From positions 91,566 to 155,565 of the IMG/VR virus record IMGVR_UViG_3300020463_000007: 64,000 nucleotides of DNA. One strand, given 5' to 3'. The notes beneath the pieces were generated by a model that had not been told where the DNA came from, ran no database searches, and saw only the letters and a program-made list of their open reading frames with translations. Below are positions 52,024-60,699 of the stretch, in pieces (position 1 is the first letter of the stretch; the number at the start of each line of letters is the position of its first letter). The position numbers and the translations under genes are program-made. The DNA comes from a virus.

Positions 52024-52377
52024 CTAAAACACTCCCTCAAAAATAAAGTAGTCAACGACAAATGTAAGCTCTGCACCTATAAACACTGATAGGTAGTAAT
52101 TATCTAGCCTATCCCATAGTATCTTTATAATCCACCACGCTATACCAACTCTTAGTGTATATAATACGTTAGCTTGTATAAAATCAGCTAATTCTGGTAA
52201 TGCTTGTGCTTGAAATAGATAAGCAAAAACCCCGCCGTCATATAAAAAACTTAACTGTGCTGATACTAAAACAGCAAATCCGTAAGGTATATACTTGTAT
52301 AAAAACTTAACTATATGAGCAGTTACTAATAATCTATATAATACATAGACTATGTTAGCTACTAATAATTCTAGCAT
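52024..52377 (-). CDS. Small membrane protein with an internal two-fold repeat
   Basis: Highly hydrophobic 117-aa ORF whose two halves are alignable. Confidence 0.7.
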   Translation of the reverse strand: MLELLVANIVYVLYRLLVTAHIVKFLYKYIPYGFAVLVSAQLSFLYDGGVFAYLFQAQALPELADFIQANVLYTLRVGIAWWIIKILWDRLDNYYLSVFIGAELTFVVDYFIFEGVF

Positions 52378-52381
52378 TCAT

Positions 52382-53098
52382 TTATTCCACAGAATAATAG
52401 TGATCTCGTTCATTTAATATTTTATCAGTATCTTCTGTTCTAGTACCTGTTAACTGTAAACTTACTCTTGGACCGTAGCTTGTGTTAGCCGTTGAATGAG
52501 GAGTATTCGGCCAATCAAAAATATGTATTTCTCCAGCTTTCCATCTTTCATACATTCGATTACCATACATATAAAATTGTCCTGGTTCCCAGTCATTTAG
52601 CATGATTGTTATTCTTACTACTTTAGATGGATCCTCAGGATTAAATTGATAAAGTTTGTCTATGTGTAGATTCCAAAGCTGACCTGTGGTTTGTACATGG
52701 ATTCTTTTTTGAAAATTTTCAAGATGGAAATATTCTGCCATCTCATTTATTTTTGTATATTTCTCACAGTTTCTATTAAAGTTAGATACTTCTAAGTCAG
52801 CACTAGCTCCCGCAGATGTAAGATCATATTCTTCTTGTTCTATAAACTTGTCTTTACGTTCGCCTTTTTTACCTCTTGTAGCCCAAGTAACTGGTTTGCT
52901 ATCTTTTATAACTTGTTTTAATTCTTCTTTCCAATCACCATGGAATGTTCCGCATACACGAAACGTTTCACCTTCACCGTCAACTGTGTTCTTATCAAAG
53001 TGGTAATTACTATTACTTTTTGTCCATTCCCAATTACTTTTATAGTCATCAGGATTAGTCAAATATTTCATCTTATCTTTATCAAATTTAAATGCCAT
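52382..53098 (-). CDS. Fe(II)/2OG oxygenase-like cupin (paralogue 1)
   Basis: LHIDK...DWEPGQF...WKAGEIHIFDWPNTPHSTAN...R-x-S: HxD...H triad. Confidence 0.7.
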   Translation of the reverse strand: MAFKFDKDKMKYLTNPDDYKSNWEWTKSNSNYHFDKNTVDGEGETFRVCGTFHGDWKEELKQVIKDSKPVTWATRGKKGERKDKFIEQEEYDLTSAGASADLEVSNFNRNCEKYTKINEMAEYFHLENFQKRIHVQTTGQLWNLHIDKLYQFNPEDPSKVVRITIMLNDWEPGQFYMYGNRMYERWKAGEIHIFDWPNTPHSTANTSYGPRVSLQLTGTRTEDTDKILNERDHYYSVE

Positions 53099-53119
53099 AC
53101 ATATCTACCTTTCTAGTAT

Positions 53120-53530
53120 TTAAGTCTGCAGCTTACCTTCTTTACGCATCTTGGCACGTAATTCTGTAGCACTTATACTATGTATCTCCTTTCCTAAGTC
53201 ATGCTCTGTAAAGGTATATCCTACCCCACGACCATAACTAATATCTACAATATTAGGGACAATCATAATATTGTATTCCCTATAATATTCAAAACCCTCT
53301 TTAGCAAGTTCCTTTTTTATATTATCTTCTACATCAGCCACGATAAATGGATTGTCATCCTGCGTCATTGTACGTCCGCCTGATGCATCTGTGTCTTGCG
53401 GCACAGTTCTAATCATAATACATACTTGTCCTGTTTCAGCTAAAGCACGTTTGAATAATTCAGTATGTCCTTTATGCCAAGGTTGCCAACGTCCTAACAT
53501 TTGTGTTGTAGGCTTAAAAACATTAAACAC
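53120..53530 (-). CDS. HxGH-superfamily nucleotidyltransferase (cytidylyltransferase-like; candidate minimal ATP sulfurylase)
   Basis: GRWQPWHKGH and SISATELR motifs; coupled to the APS kinase gene. Confidence 0.75.
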   Translation of the reverse strand: MFNVFKPTTQMLGRWQPWHKGHTELFKRALAETGQVCIMIRTVPQDTDASGGRTMTQDDNPFIVADVEDNIKKELAKEGFEYYREYNIMIVPNIVDISYGRGVGYTFTEHDLGKEIHSISATELRAKMRKEGKLQT

Positions 53531-53948
53531 TATTTTTCTCCATGTAATTTTTCACTACTTCCATTAATTGTGCATGTGTATCCTCAAACCATTTTGAAAC
53601 ATGATAGTTAACAGTAGTAGGTTTTTCAAACATTTTATTTGTGTCTTCGTATCTACCTTCTTTAATAGTATCCATCCAAACTAGATAATCTGCATCAAAT
53701 TCTTGTCTTGCTCTTTCTGTAGGACAAATAAAATCAGCAACTGCAACTTTTCCTGCACTAACAACACCATCAGCTAGATAACGCATTCTTTGTGCTTGTC
53801 TAACTCTACCTTCTAAACTAAAATCCCAGTCTTTATATTTGTCTCTTACAGCATCTGCATTTATATGAATTGCACCAATTAATTCTGCAAAAGGTTTTGC
53901 CAGCGTGGTTTTACCACTACCAGGCAAGCCAAATATTAATATTTTCAT
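53523..53948 (-). CDS. cysC: Adenylyl-sulfate (APS) kinase-like protein
   Basis: GLPGSGKTTLA P-loop; NADAVR...DFSLEGR...ADFICP...R matches the CysC DGDxxR/LGFS/ISP core. Shorter than cellular CysC. Confidence 0.75.
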   Translation of the reverse strand: MKILIFGLPGSGKTTLAKPFAELIGAIHINADAVRDKYKDWDFSLEGRVRQAQRMRYLADGVVSAGKVAVADFICPTERARQEFDADYLVWMDTIKEGRYEDTNKMFEKPTTVNYHVSKWFEDTHAQLMEVVKNYMEKNSV

Positions 53949-54586
53949 ACTGCGCCTTTCTTGCTACTTGCTAATTGAATTGTTTTATCTAATACCGATT
54001 CTGCTTGTGATATGTATTTCTTATTCGCATCTTTAGATAATATTTCTAATAGTTTAGTATCATCTATGGTTACTTCATTTGGTAACAATCCTAGTTGTTT
54101 TTCTAAAGATTGTAAATATCTTATCTCATACAAGTATAATAACTCTTGACTAGCAAATATTGTTTTATGGCCAAGTATTAGACTATCTAACTGTTTTATA
54201 AAAAACGGTGTTGTATATTTTCCTCTTACACGTTCTTGCTGTAATTTTACAATATTACTATCTCTTCCTATTATAAGTAATTGTATTTTGCAAAACTTTC
54301 TTGCTACTTCTATAAAATTATTATATTCTGGAATAGTTTCTATACCATCATCAAAATAAGGACAGCTAATACTTGTAATAAAATATTTACTTTGTTTCCA
54401 ATCAAATTCATTTAGCTTTGACGGGTCTTTCCAACACTCTGCGAACGGTTCTAAATCATGACCTTCCCAATATTTTTCTTGTAATTTTGGCCATACAAAT
54501 ATATTTTTGTTTTGTCCTAACGCTTTGCTGAATAAATGGTTACCGCTTCCTTGCGGACCAGTCATTATAGTAAGTAAAGGTTTCAA
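53945..54586 (-). CDS. Sulfotransferase-fold P-loop protein
   Basis: IMTGPQGSGNHLFSKAL 5'-PSB-like loop; IIGRD 3'-PB-like motif; adjacent to cysC. Confidence 0.55.
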   Translation of the reverse strand: MKPLLTIMTGPQGSGNHLFSKALGQNKNIFVWPKLQEKYWEGHDLEPFAECWKDPSKLNEFDWKQSKYFITSISCPYFDDGIETIPEYNNFIEVARKFCKIQLLIIGRDSNIVKLQQERVRGKYTTPFFIKQLDSLILGHKTIFASQELLYLYEIRYLQSLEKQLGLLPNEVTIDDTKLLEILSKDANKKYISQAESVLDKTIQLASSKKGAV

Positions 54587-54783
54587 AGTTTACCCCATTT
54601 TATTATATTCCATATACGTTCGTGTACATAAAATACAAACGTGTTAGCAGTAAGTTGTATAATTGCAATAGAACCGCTTATACTAATGTCACGCAATATT
54701 GCGTAACTAATTAAAAATGTGCAAAGTGTACCAGTTAATCTCCATGATACTGTCTTTACGAGACTTCTTACTTTAGTGTCCAT
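54583..54783 (-). CDS. DUF2061-like small membrane protein
   Basis: RSLVKTVSWR...FYVHERIWNIIKWG signature. Confidence 0.8.
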   Translation of the reverse strand: MDTKVRSLVKTVSWRLTGTLCTFLISYAILRDISISGSIAIIQLTANTFVFYVHERIWNIIKWGKL

Positions 54784-55514
54784 ACTGTATCACGCGATCC
54801 ATTAGCAATAATTTCCCTAGTTTTATCTGATTTTAACCCTGTAATCTGTATGCAGGGTCTTGCAAAATTACTTGTGTTAGCGGTTGCGTGTGGCACATTA
54901 GGCCAATCAAATATATGAGCTTCTCCGGCTTTCCATCTTTCATAGATAAAATTACCATACATATAGAACTGTCCTGGTTGCCAATCATCTAAGAAAAATG
55001 TAATACGACATACTTGTTCAGGATCTTCTATGCATCTATCCCAAAGTTTGTCAATGTGTAAGTTAAACATTTGACCTGTAAGTTGAACATGGGCACGATA
55101 TTTTAATTCGTCCTTACCACCCACTACGCCAAAGTGTTCTTTCATTTTAACAAGCATAGGATAATCCTCTAACTCATCTTTCATATTTGTAAGCATAAGT
55201 TTTTTAGGATCACCTCCTCCTTGTATAATATCATATTCTTCTTGTTTCAACATTGGAGATGCATCTTCTTTATGTCCGAAGAATTTTCTTGTTTCCCAAT
55301 TGATAGCTTTAGTTGCATTTTCAACTAATCTATCTCTATCTATTTTCCATAACTCAGGATTATCAAATCGGCCTAAAACTTTAACCCATTCGCCTTCCTT
55401 GTCTTGAATATTATTATCAAAATGATATTCACTGTGTGCTACAGTCCAATCCCAATTACTTTTGTAATTGTCTGCAGGTTCTAAAGTTTTAGTCCAATTT
55501 GTTTTGTGCATCAT
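54768..55514 (-). CDS. Fe(II)/2OG oxygenase-like cupin (paralogue 2)
   Basis: LHIDK...DWQPGQFYMYGN...WKAGEAHIFDWPNVPHATAN; closely similar to 52382-53098. Confidence 0.7.
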   Translation of the reverse strand: MMHKTNWTKTLEPADNYKSNWDWTVAHSEYHFDNNIQDKEGEWVKVLGRFDNPELWKIDRDRLVENATKAINWETRKFFGHKEDASPMLKQEEYDIIQGGGDPKKLMLTNMKDELEDYPMLVKMKEHFGVVGGKDELKYRAHVQLTGQMFNLHIDKLWDRCIEDPEQVCRITFFLDDWQPGQFYMYGNFIYERWKAGEAHIFDWPNVPHATANTSNFARPCIQITGLKSDKTREIIANGSRDTVWTLK

Positions 55515-57019
55515 ACGTAATCAAGTCCTTTATCTTTTCTAACTAAACTGTTTATAAATATTCCTAATGCAACAACGATACATATAAGGAATATAGGATG
55601 GTTATATATGTTAAATAATTCAAACCACCTAAAGTCGGACATTGAACTTAATCCTGGTTTCCATTGTTTATAACCATAAATCTGCAATGTACCCCAAAAG
55701 TATTCATCTATCTTAAAAGCTACAACGTATGCAACTAGAATTGCTGGTCTACTAATGTTCCACATTTTACATAAGACTCCTATAGCACTTAAGATAGCAA
55801 GTAAAGCTAAATCTTCCCAACCACCTGTGTATTGCATATTAGCATAAATGATTACTGCTAAAATAAAAGTAGCGTAAATCCAAAAAGGCACTTCTAATAT
55901 TTTAAGTATATACTTGTATAAAAATATACTTAATAATGCAACACCAATAGTCCCAAAAATATAACCAAATGCTAAACTATTTGTAAATTGTATATCATCT
56001 AATAGACTTGGTGTACCAATCTCCATACCGAAATACATACATATTGCCATTACCATTGCGGCAAAAGGTGCAGCTGGTATTCCAAACAAACATGCAGGAA
56101 TCATACTAGATACCTTTTGTGCATTGTTTGCTCCTTCACACCCTAATAATCCTACAGGGTTACCTTCACCAAAAGGAACTTCTTGATCTTTTTCTTTATG
56201 TGCGGCCTTTGTGGCACCGTATGCTAAGAAGTCACCTACTGCGCCTCCTACACCTGGTAATAAACCAGTAACGAAGCCAATCAACCCACCACGTATCATA
56301 TCACGCCAGTGTGTTTTTACATCACGGAAGCCTTGGAAAAGACCTGTCCAATAACTTCCATTTATTGGTGGTGCTGCGGATTTTAATTTTCTTCTAAATC
56401 CATCTAATAATTCTGGTACTCCAAACAGGCCTGATAGTAAAACTACCATTCCTATTCCATTTTGCAAATATTCCCAACCAAATGTTAGTCTAGGATTACT
56501 TACAACATCTTCACCAACCATACCTACTGCTAGTCCGAATATGATTGCACATATACTTAAAAATACATTTTTACTTGCCACAAAGCCTACACAGGCTAGT
56601 GCCATTGTCATGAAGCCCAGAAACTCTGGACGTCCGAATAATACTATAATCTTCCCATAATAAGGAAGTAAAAAGAATGTTAGTGCCGCAAATACAACTC
56701 CGTTAAAAGTAGAGTCAGCAATAGCAATACCCATTGCTCTTGAGGCTTGGCCTTTTTTCGCCATAGGATAACCATCTATAACACAGGCCGCGGTTGTACT
56801 TGCTCCTGGTATGCCTGTAAGAATACTTGTATAACTATCTGCACTTGCACAACTTGCTACTATTGCAGTAAGAAAGACTAACCCCAAATAGGGGTCAGCC
56901 ATAAAGTATGCTCCCATGCTAAAGACAGTTATCAGGGCAGTAGTTACACCTGCAATAGGTATAATACCAACTAGCATTCCATACATGGTGCCAATTAATG
57001 CCCAGATAACATAGTCCAT
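55511..57019 (-). CDS. tctA: Tripartite tricarboxylate transporter large membrane subunit
   Basis: About 500-aa polytopic protein with GIIP...GIPG...DGYPMAKKG, GLLPGVGG, EGANNA and FGIPA TctA signatures. Confidence 0.9.
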   Translation of the reverse strand: MDYVIWALIGTMYGMLVGIIPIAGVTTALITVFSMGAYFMADPYLGLVFLTAIVASCASADSYTSILTGIPGASTTAACVIDGYPMAKKGQASRAMGIAIADSTFNGVVFAALTFFLLPYYGKIIVLFGRPEFLGFMTMALACVGFVASKNVFLSICAIIFGLAVGMVGEDVVSNPRLTFGWEYLQNGIGMVVLLSGLFGVPELLDGFRRKLKSAAPPINGSYWTGLFQGFRDVKTHWRDMIRGGLIGFVTGLLPGVGGAVGDFLAYGATKAAHKEKDQEVPFGEGNPVGLLGCEGANNAQKVSSMIPACLFGIPAAPFAAMVMAICMYFGMEIGTPSLLDDIQFTNSLAFGYIFGTIGVALLSIFLYKYILKILEVPFWIYATFILAVIIYANMQYTGGWEDLALLAILSAIGVLCKMWNISRPAILVAYVVAFKIDEYFWGTLQIYGYKQWKPGLSSMSDFRWFELFNIYNHPIFLICIVVALGIFINSLVRKDKGLDYV

Positions 57020-57030
57020 AGGTTAATCCT

Positions 57031-58086
57031 TTACTTTAAAAGCTCTGGCTTATAAATTGATGGAAAGCCATATGCTTCCTGATTCCATTTAACCGCATCT
57101 TTAAGAGCTTTCTCTGTAATTAGGGATTTTAGAGTAGCTAATAATTCTGGGCCATCTTGGATCCAAGGATAAGTTCCTGTTTTAGCATAAATTTCAGCAC
57201 TTGCAACTGGATCATTAATCATTTCAGTTACAGCCGCTTTAATCTTTTCTGCATTAGGATTGCCTTTGTTTACCCAAAGAGACTTTTGGATAGCATCACG
57301 CCAGTTACGTGTTAAGCGATATGCTTCATACAAATCACCTTTTGGTGCTTCGCCCCATAACTTTTCGTACAAGTCCTCGAACTGTGTACCTGGAAAGTTT
57401 GGGTCTGCCATTTGTACTTTATTTTCTAAGTCTAGGATACCGTGTGTGAACCAAAGTTCATTACCTTCGATACCTTCGTAGAAACGTTTCCAAGCCGCAG
57501 GCGATTCACGTGCTACATCAAATTCACCGTTTTTAAAACCAAGACGCTTTTCGCCTCCTGATACACCGTTAACCCAAGTTACACGTTCTCTCCAACATTT
57601 TAGATAGTCGTCTACTGTGTTGCCACCCTGTGGACCACAAAGTAACATTGCAACTGCCGCTGCATCTGGTTCAAAACCTGATCCACCTGCAATAGTCCAG
57701 TTTCCTGATTTTTCATCAGCACCAGCATGTTTACCAAGAACAATATCATTGTTCATAGAACCCATTAGTTCATAGTCGAAGTAGTTGTAGTCAATCTTAT
57801 CTAGCAAGAATGATACACCGTTACCACCGTGTGCAACCATAATTGTTTTGTCATCAAAACGTAGACTGTTGTGGAACTTGTTAAACCCAGGAATATCTCT
57901 TGCTCCTGGAATATGACGTACTACTACTGATTCGCCAATAAACTTTTCTAAGTTCTTAGCGATAATTTCGCTCCATACAGAAGTACCTTTACCGGGTGCC
58001 TGAGGAACAATCAGCGTATAATCAGCAAAAGCTGTTGTAGCTGACATCGTTAAAGCCATAAAGACTCCAATGATTAGTTTCTTCAT
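57031..58086 (-). CDS. tctC: Tripartite tricarboxylate transporter periplasmic binding protein (TctC/Bug-like, divergent)
   Basis: Signal peptide ending AFA; LIVPQAPGKGTS and VVVRHIPGA Bug-type N-terminal motifs; directly upstream of tctA with a strong AAGGAG RBS. Confidence 0.75.
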   Translation of the reverse strand: MKKLIIGVFMALTMSATTAFADYTLIVPQAPGKGTSVWSEIIAKNLEKFIGESVVVRHIPGARDIPGFNKFHNSLRFDDKTIMVAHGGNGVSFLLDKIDYNYFDYELMGSMNNDIVLGKHAGADEKSGNWTIAGGSGFEPDAAAVAMLLCGPQGGNTVDDYLKCWRERVTWVNGVSGGEKRLGFKNGEFDVARESPAAWKRFYEGIEGNELWFTHGILDLENKVQMADPNFPGTQFEDLYEKLWGEAPKGDLYEAYRLTRNWRDAIQKSLWVNKGNPNAEKIKAAVTEMINDPVASAEIYAKTGTYPWIQDGPELLATLKSLITEKALKDAVKWNQEAYGFPSIYKPELLK

Positions 58087-58236
58087 AATGTTATATCTCC
58101 TTTAGTTTATACTACATCATTATTAAATTTTTAAGTTTCAGAGTTGATCCTTAAATATTGCATATAACATAAGTAATTATATGATGCGGATAAAAAAATT
58201 TTTAAAAGTGAATCTTTTTTTATTATTGCATACATT

Positions 58237-58242
58237 TATTTA
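58237..58242 (-). promoter_or_regulatory. Putative late promoter core (TAAATA) upstream of tctC
   Basis: Minus-strand CTAAATA in the divergent intergenic region; short AT-rich motif, so chance occurrence is possible. Confidence 0.4.
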
Positions 58243-58262
58243 GCAAAAAGGAGAAATTTTTT

Positions 58263-59000
58263 ATGAACACTCGAATTTTTAGTTTAATAGACGAAAATTT
58301 AAAGAACTCCTTCAATTTACCTAAATATGACAATATTAATGAACAGATTACAGAAAATACACATATAGGTTCGTTACCTTGGTCACCAGCTAGACTACGC
58401 AAGTTTAAAGACAGTATTACATCTAAGTTACAGCTTGACGTAGAAAGCGTTGATGTGACAGTTAAAGAACTTGTAGCTGATCTTGACAAAAAATATATGC
58501 ATAGGTTCTTTGGGGAGATATGGCAACCTAAGACTGAAATATATCAATACAGTGGTTGGGCTTTAGTTGATGCAATAAACAATGCAAATCCAAAAGCAGT
58601 ACTAGACTTTGGCTGTGGATATCATCCATTTAAAAATAGAATAAAAAATCTAATTGGTATTGACCCTTTTAATAATAGTGCAGACTATATGGTTGACATA
58701 TTAGAATTTGCTGTAGAACCTGAAAGTTATGACCATATTATTGTATTTGGTAGCCTTAACTTCGGCGATAGAAATGACATTGATAAAAGGTTTGAAAAAC
58801 TAGTTGAAATACTAATGCCAGGAGGCAGAATGTATTTTAGAGCCAATCCAGGTCACTTGTGGCCTAAAGGTCCTTATGTTGATATTTTTCCTTGGTCATT
58901 CGAAGTAGCGTATGAACAAGCAAAAGTACACAATCTTGAATTAGAAAAGTTTAAAAAAGACAACGGCGACAGACTATACTTTGAATTTTACAAGCCATAG
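58263..59000 (+). CDS. Class I methyltransferase with an N-terminal ACP-like helical domain
   Basis: VLDFGCG, GIDP, YDHIIVFGSLNFG, LMPGG; about 80 N-terminal residues resemble an acyl-carrier fold. Confidence 0.75.
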   Translation: MNTRIFSLIDENLKNSFNLPKYDNINEQITENTHIGSLPWSPARLRKFKDSITSKLQLDVESVDVTVKELVADLDKKYMHRFFGEIWQPKTEIYQYSGWALVDAINNANPKAVLDFGCGYHPFKNRIKNLIGIDPFNNSADYMVDILEFAVEPESYDHIIVFGSLNFGDRNDIDKRFEKLVEILMPGGRMYFRANPGHLWPKGPYVDIFPWSFEVAYEQAKVHNLELEKFKKDNGDRLYFEFYKP

Positions 59001-59011
59001 GAAACAAAAAT

Positions 59012-59719
59012 ATGTATGATGAAAGTAAACTTATATTCTTTACCGGTGCTCCGGGAAGCAAATGGAGTGCAGTATCGAATGTAATATCAAAAAATACAAT
59101 TATGCCTATAAACATATCTGATCATAGAGATGACAGAGTGTATACGCATACAAGATCTCCAGTTCAACATTTAGGTGCATATTGGGGTCCTGGCCAAGAA
59201 CACGGACAAAAATTTGATCAACTCGAAACATTAACAAAAGAACAAATAATTCAAGAGATAGATGGGCCGTATGCCGATAAAACTTGGGATACTCATAGAA
59301 TTATCAAATGCCATCATTTTTCTTTGCAATTAGATTACATAAGAAAAACTTTTCCATTAGCAAAAATAATAATTGTGCTTCGAACTGAAATAAAAAATTT
59401 CAGAGGCTGGAAAGGTGCCGGCGGCTTTGAGTCTATTGATTATCCAGATTATCATACATATTATAAAAATTATGATCTACTCAAAGAAAAAATATTTGAA
59501 GAAGTAGCCGCGGCAAATAATTGGGTAGGCGAAAATAAGTTAAGAGTTAATGTTTGTGATAGACACTATTTTAAAGAACGTTGGGGTTTAGAATCTAAAG
59601 AAGATTATGATTGGTTGGATTTTTATATTTCTTCTATAGAGAAAAGCCAACCAAAAGAAGTCAACAACTTTAATGGCAGATATGTTCTTGATGTAAATAT
59701 TTGTGAATACAATTTTTAG
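59012..59719 (+). CDS. Sulfotransferase-fold protein (paralogue 1)
   Basis: FFTGAPGSKWS loop, IIKCHHF catalytic-His motif, FPLAKIIIVLR 3'-PB-like motif. Confidence 0.6.
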   Translation: MYDESKLIFFTGAPGSKWSAVSNVISKNTIMPINISDHRDDRVYTHTRSPVQHLGAYWGPGQEHGQKFDQLETLTKEQIIQEIDGPYADKTWDTHRIIKCHHFSLQLDYIRKTFPLAKIIIVLRTEIKNFRGWKGAGGFESIDYPDYHTYYKNYDLLKEKIFEEVAAANNWVGENKLRVNVCDRHYFKERWGLESKEDYDWLDFYISSIEKSQPKEVNNFNGRYVLDVNICEYNF

Positions 59720-59727
59720 GAGAACAA

Positions 59728-60699
59728 ATGGAAAAAAATTATGCTGATGATGCAAATAAAATTTTAAAAAAATCTATCGAAGGTGATAAAGATAATGTGA
59801 ATTACTATTCCGGTGATCGTGTGCAAGATCTTGTGCCAGATAAAGTACCACAAGTTGAAGAAGGTGTGAATATTAATGATAGTAATTACCAAGATGATAT
59901 GTATTCAGAGGAACAACTAGAACGTCATAAAAAATCTAACATGAATGTGTACACCGTAGACGGAATTCCTAGTAGATGGTACCATAATAAACTAAGATCA
60001 ACTTGGCATTTTGATCCAAAAGCAGATCCACAAGAAAAAACATTTACAGTGATGTGTAAATTTAAAGGAGATTGGGAAGCTGGAGTACAAAGAGCTTTAA
60101 GAAAATGTAAAGAACATACTATTGGAAACTATAGGCCAAGAAATTCTAGCCAGCAAGATAAAGATTTACATGAAGGCGAAATGATGGATATAAAACGTGC
60201 ATCAGGTAAGGATGATGTGTCTTGTATGTACCATCACCAAATAGCACATAATGAAAAAAGAGATACACATCCTGATTCTGCTGTTTTTTTTAGAATGCTA
60301 GAAGCAGTCGGCATGTATGACGTACATCAATCACGAATACACATACAACGTCTAGGAGAAGTAACTCCTTTTCATATTGATCAACAGATGAGATACGCAA
60401 GGCCAGAATGGAGAGAAAAATGGATTGCGGCAGGTGCTGACAAAAATCCACTTATGTTACGTAGGATACTAATAGCTTTAACACCCTGGGATTATGGACA
60501 TGTATGGCAGTTTGGTAACACATATTATCAAGGTTATGACGCAGGTGAATGTGTTGTTTATGACTGGTGTAATATGCCGCATGCGGCTTCTAACATGGGC
60601 TACACACCAAGAATAACTTTACAAGCTACTGGATTTATAAATGAAAAGTTTACTAATTTAATGAACAACGGATCGAAAGAGCACATTATAAATGTCTGA
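59728..60699 (+). CDS. Fe(II)/2OG oxygenase-like cupin (paralogue 3)
   Basis: WHFD, RIHIQ, FHID, WDYGHVWQFGN, GECVVYDWCNMPHAASN...RITLQATG. Confidence 0.7.
   Translation: MEKNYADDANKILKKSIEGDKDNVNYYSGDRVQDLVPDKVPQVEEGVNINDSNYQDDMYSEEQLERHKKSNMNVYTVDGIPSRWYHNKLRSTWHFDPKADPQEKTFTVMCKFKGDWEAGVQRALRKCKEHTIGNYRPRNSSQQDKDLHEGEMMDIKRASGKDDVSCMYHHQIAHNEKRDTHPDSAVFFRMLEAVGMYDVHQSRIHIQRLGEVTPFHIDQQMRYARPEWREKWIAAGADKNPLMLRRILIALTPWDYGHVWQFGNTYYQGYDAGECVVYDWCNMPHAASNMGYTPRITLQATGFINEKFTNLMNNGSKEHIINV

Noticed and set aside
58223-58489. 88-aa minus-strand ORF
   Set aside because: Antisense to the methyltransferase gene, which has a strong RBS and clear motifs.
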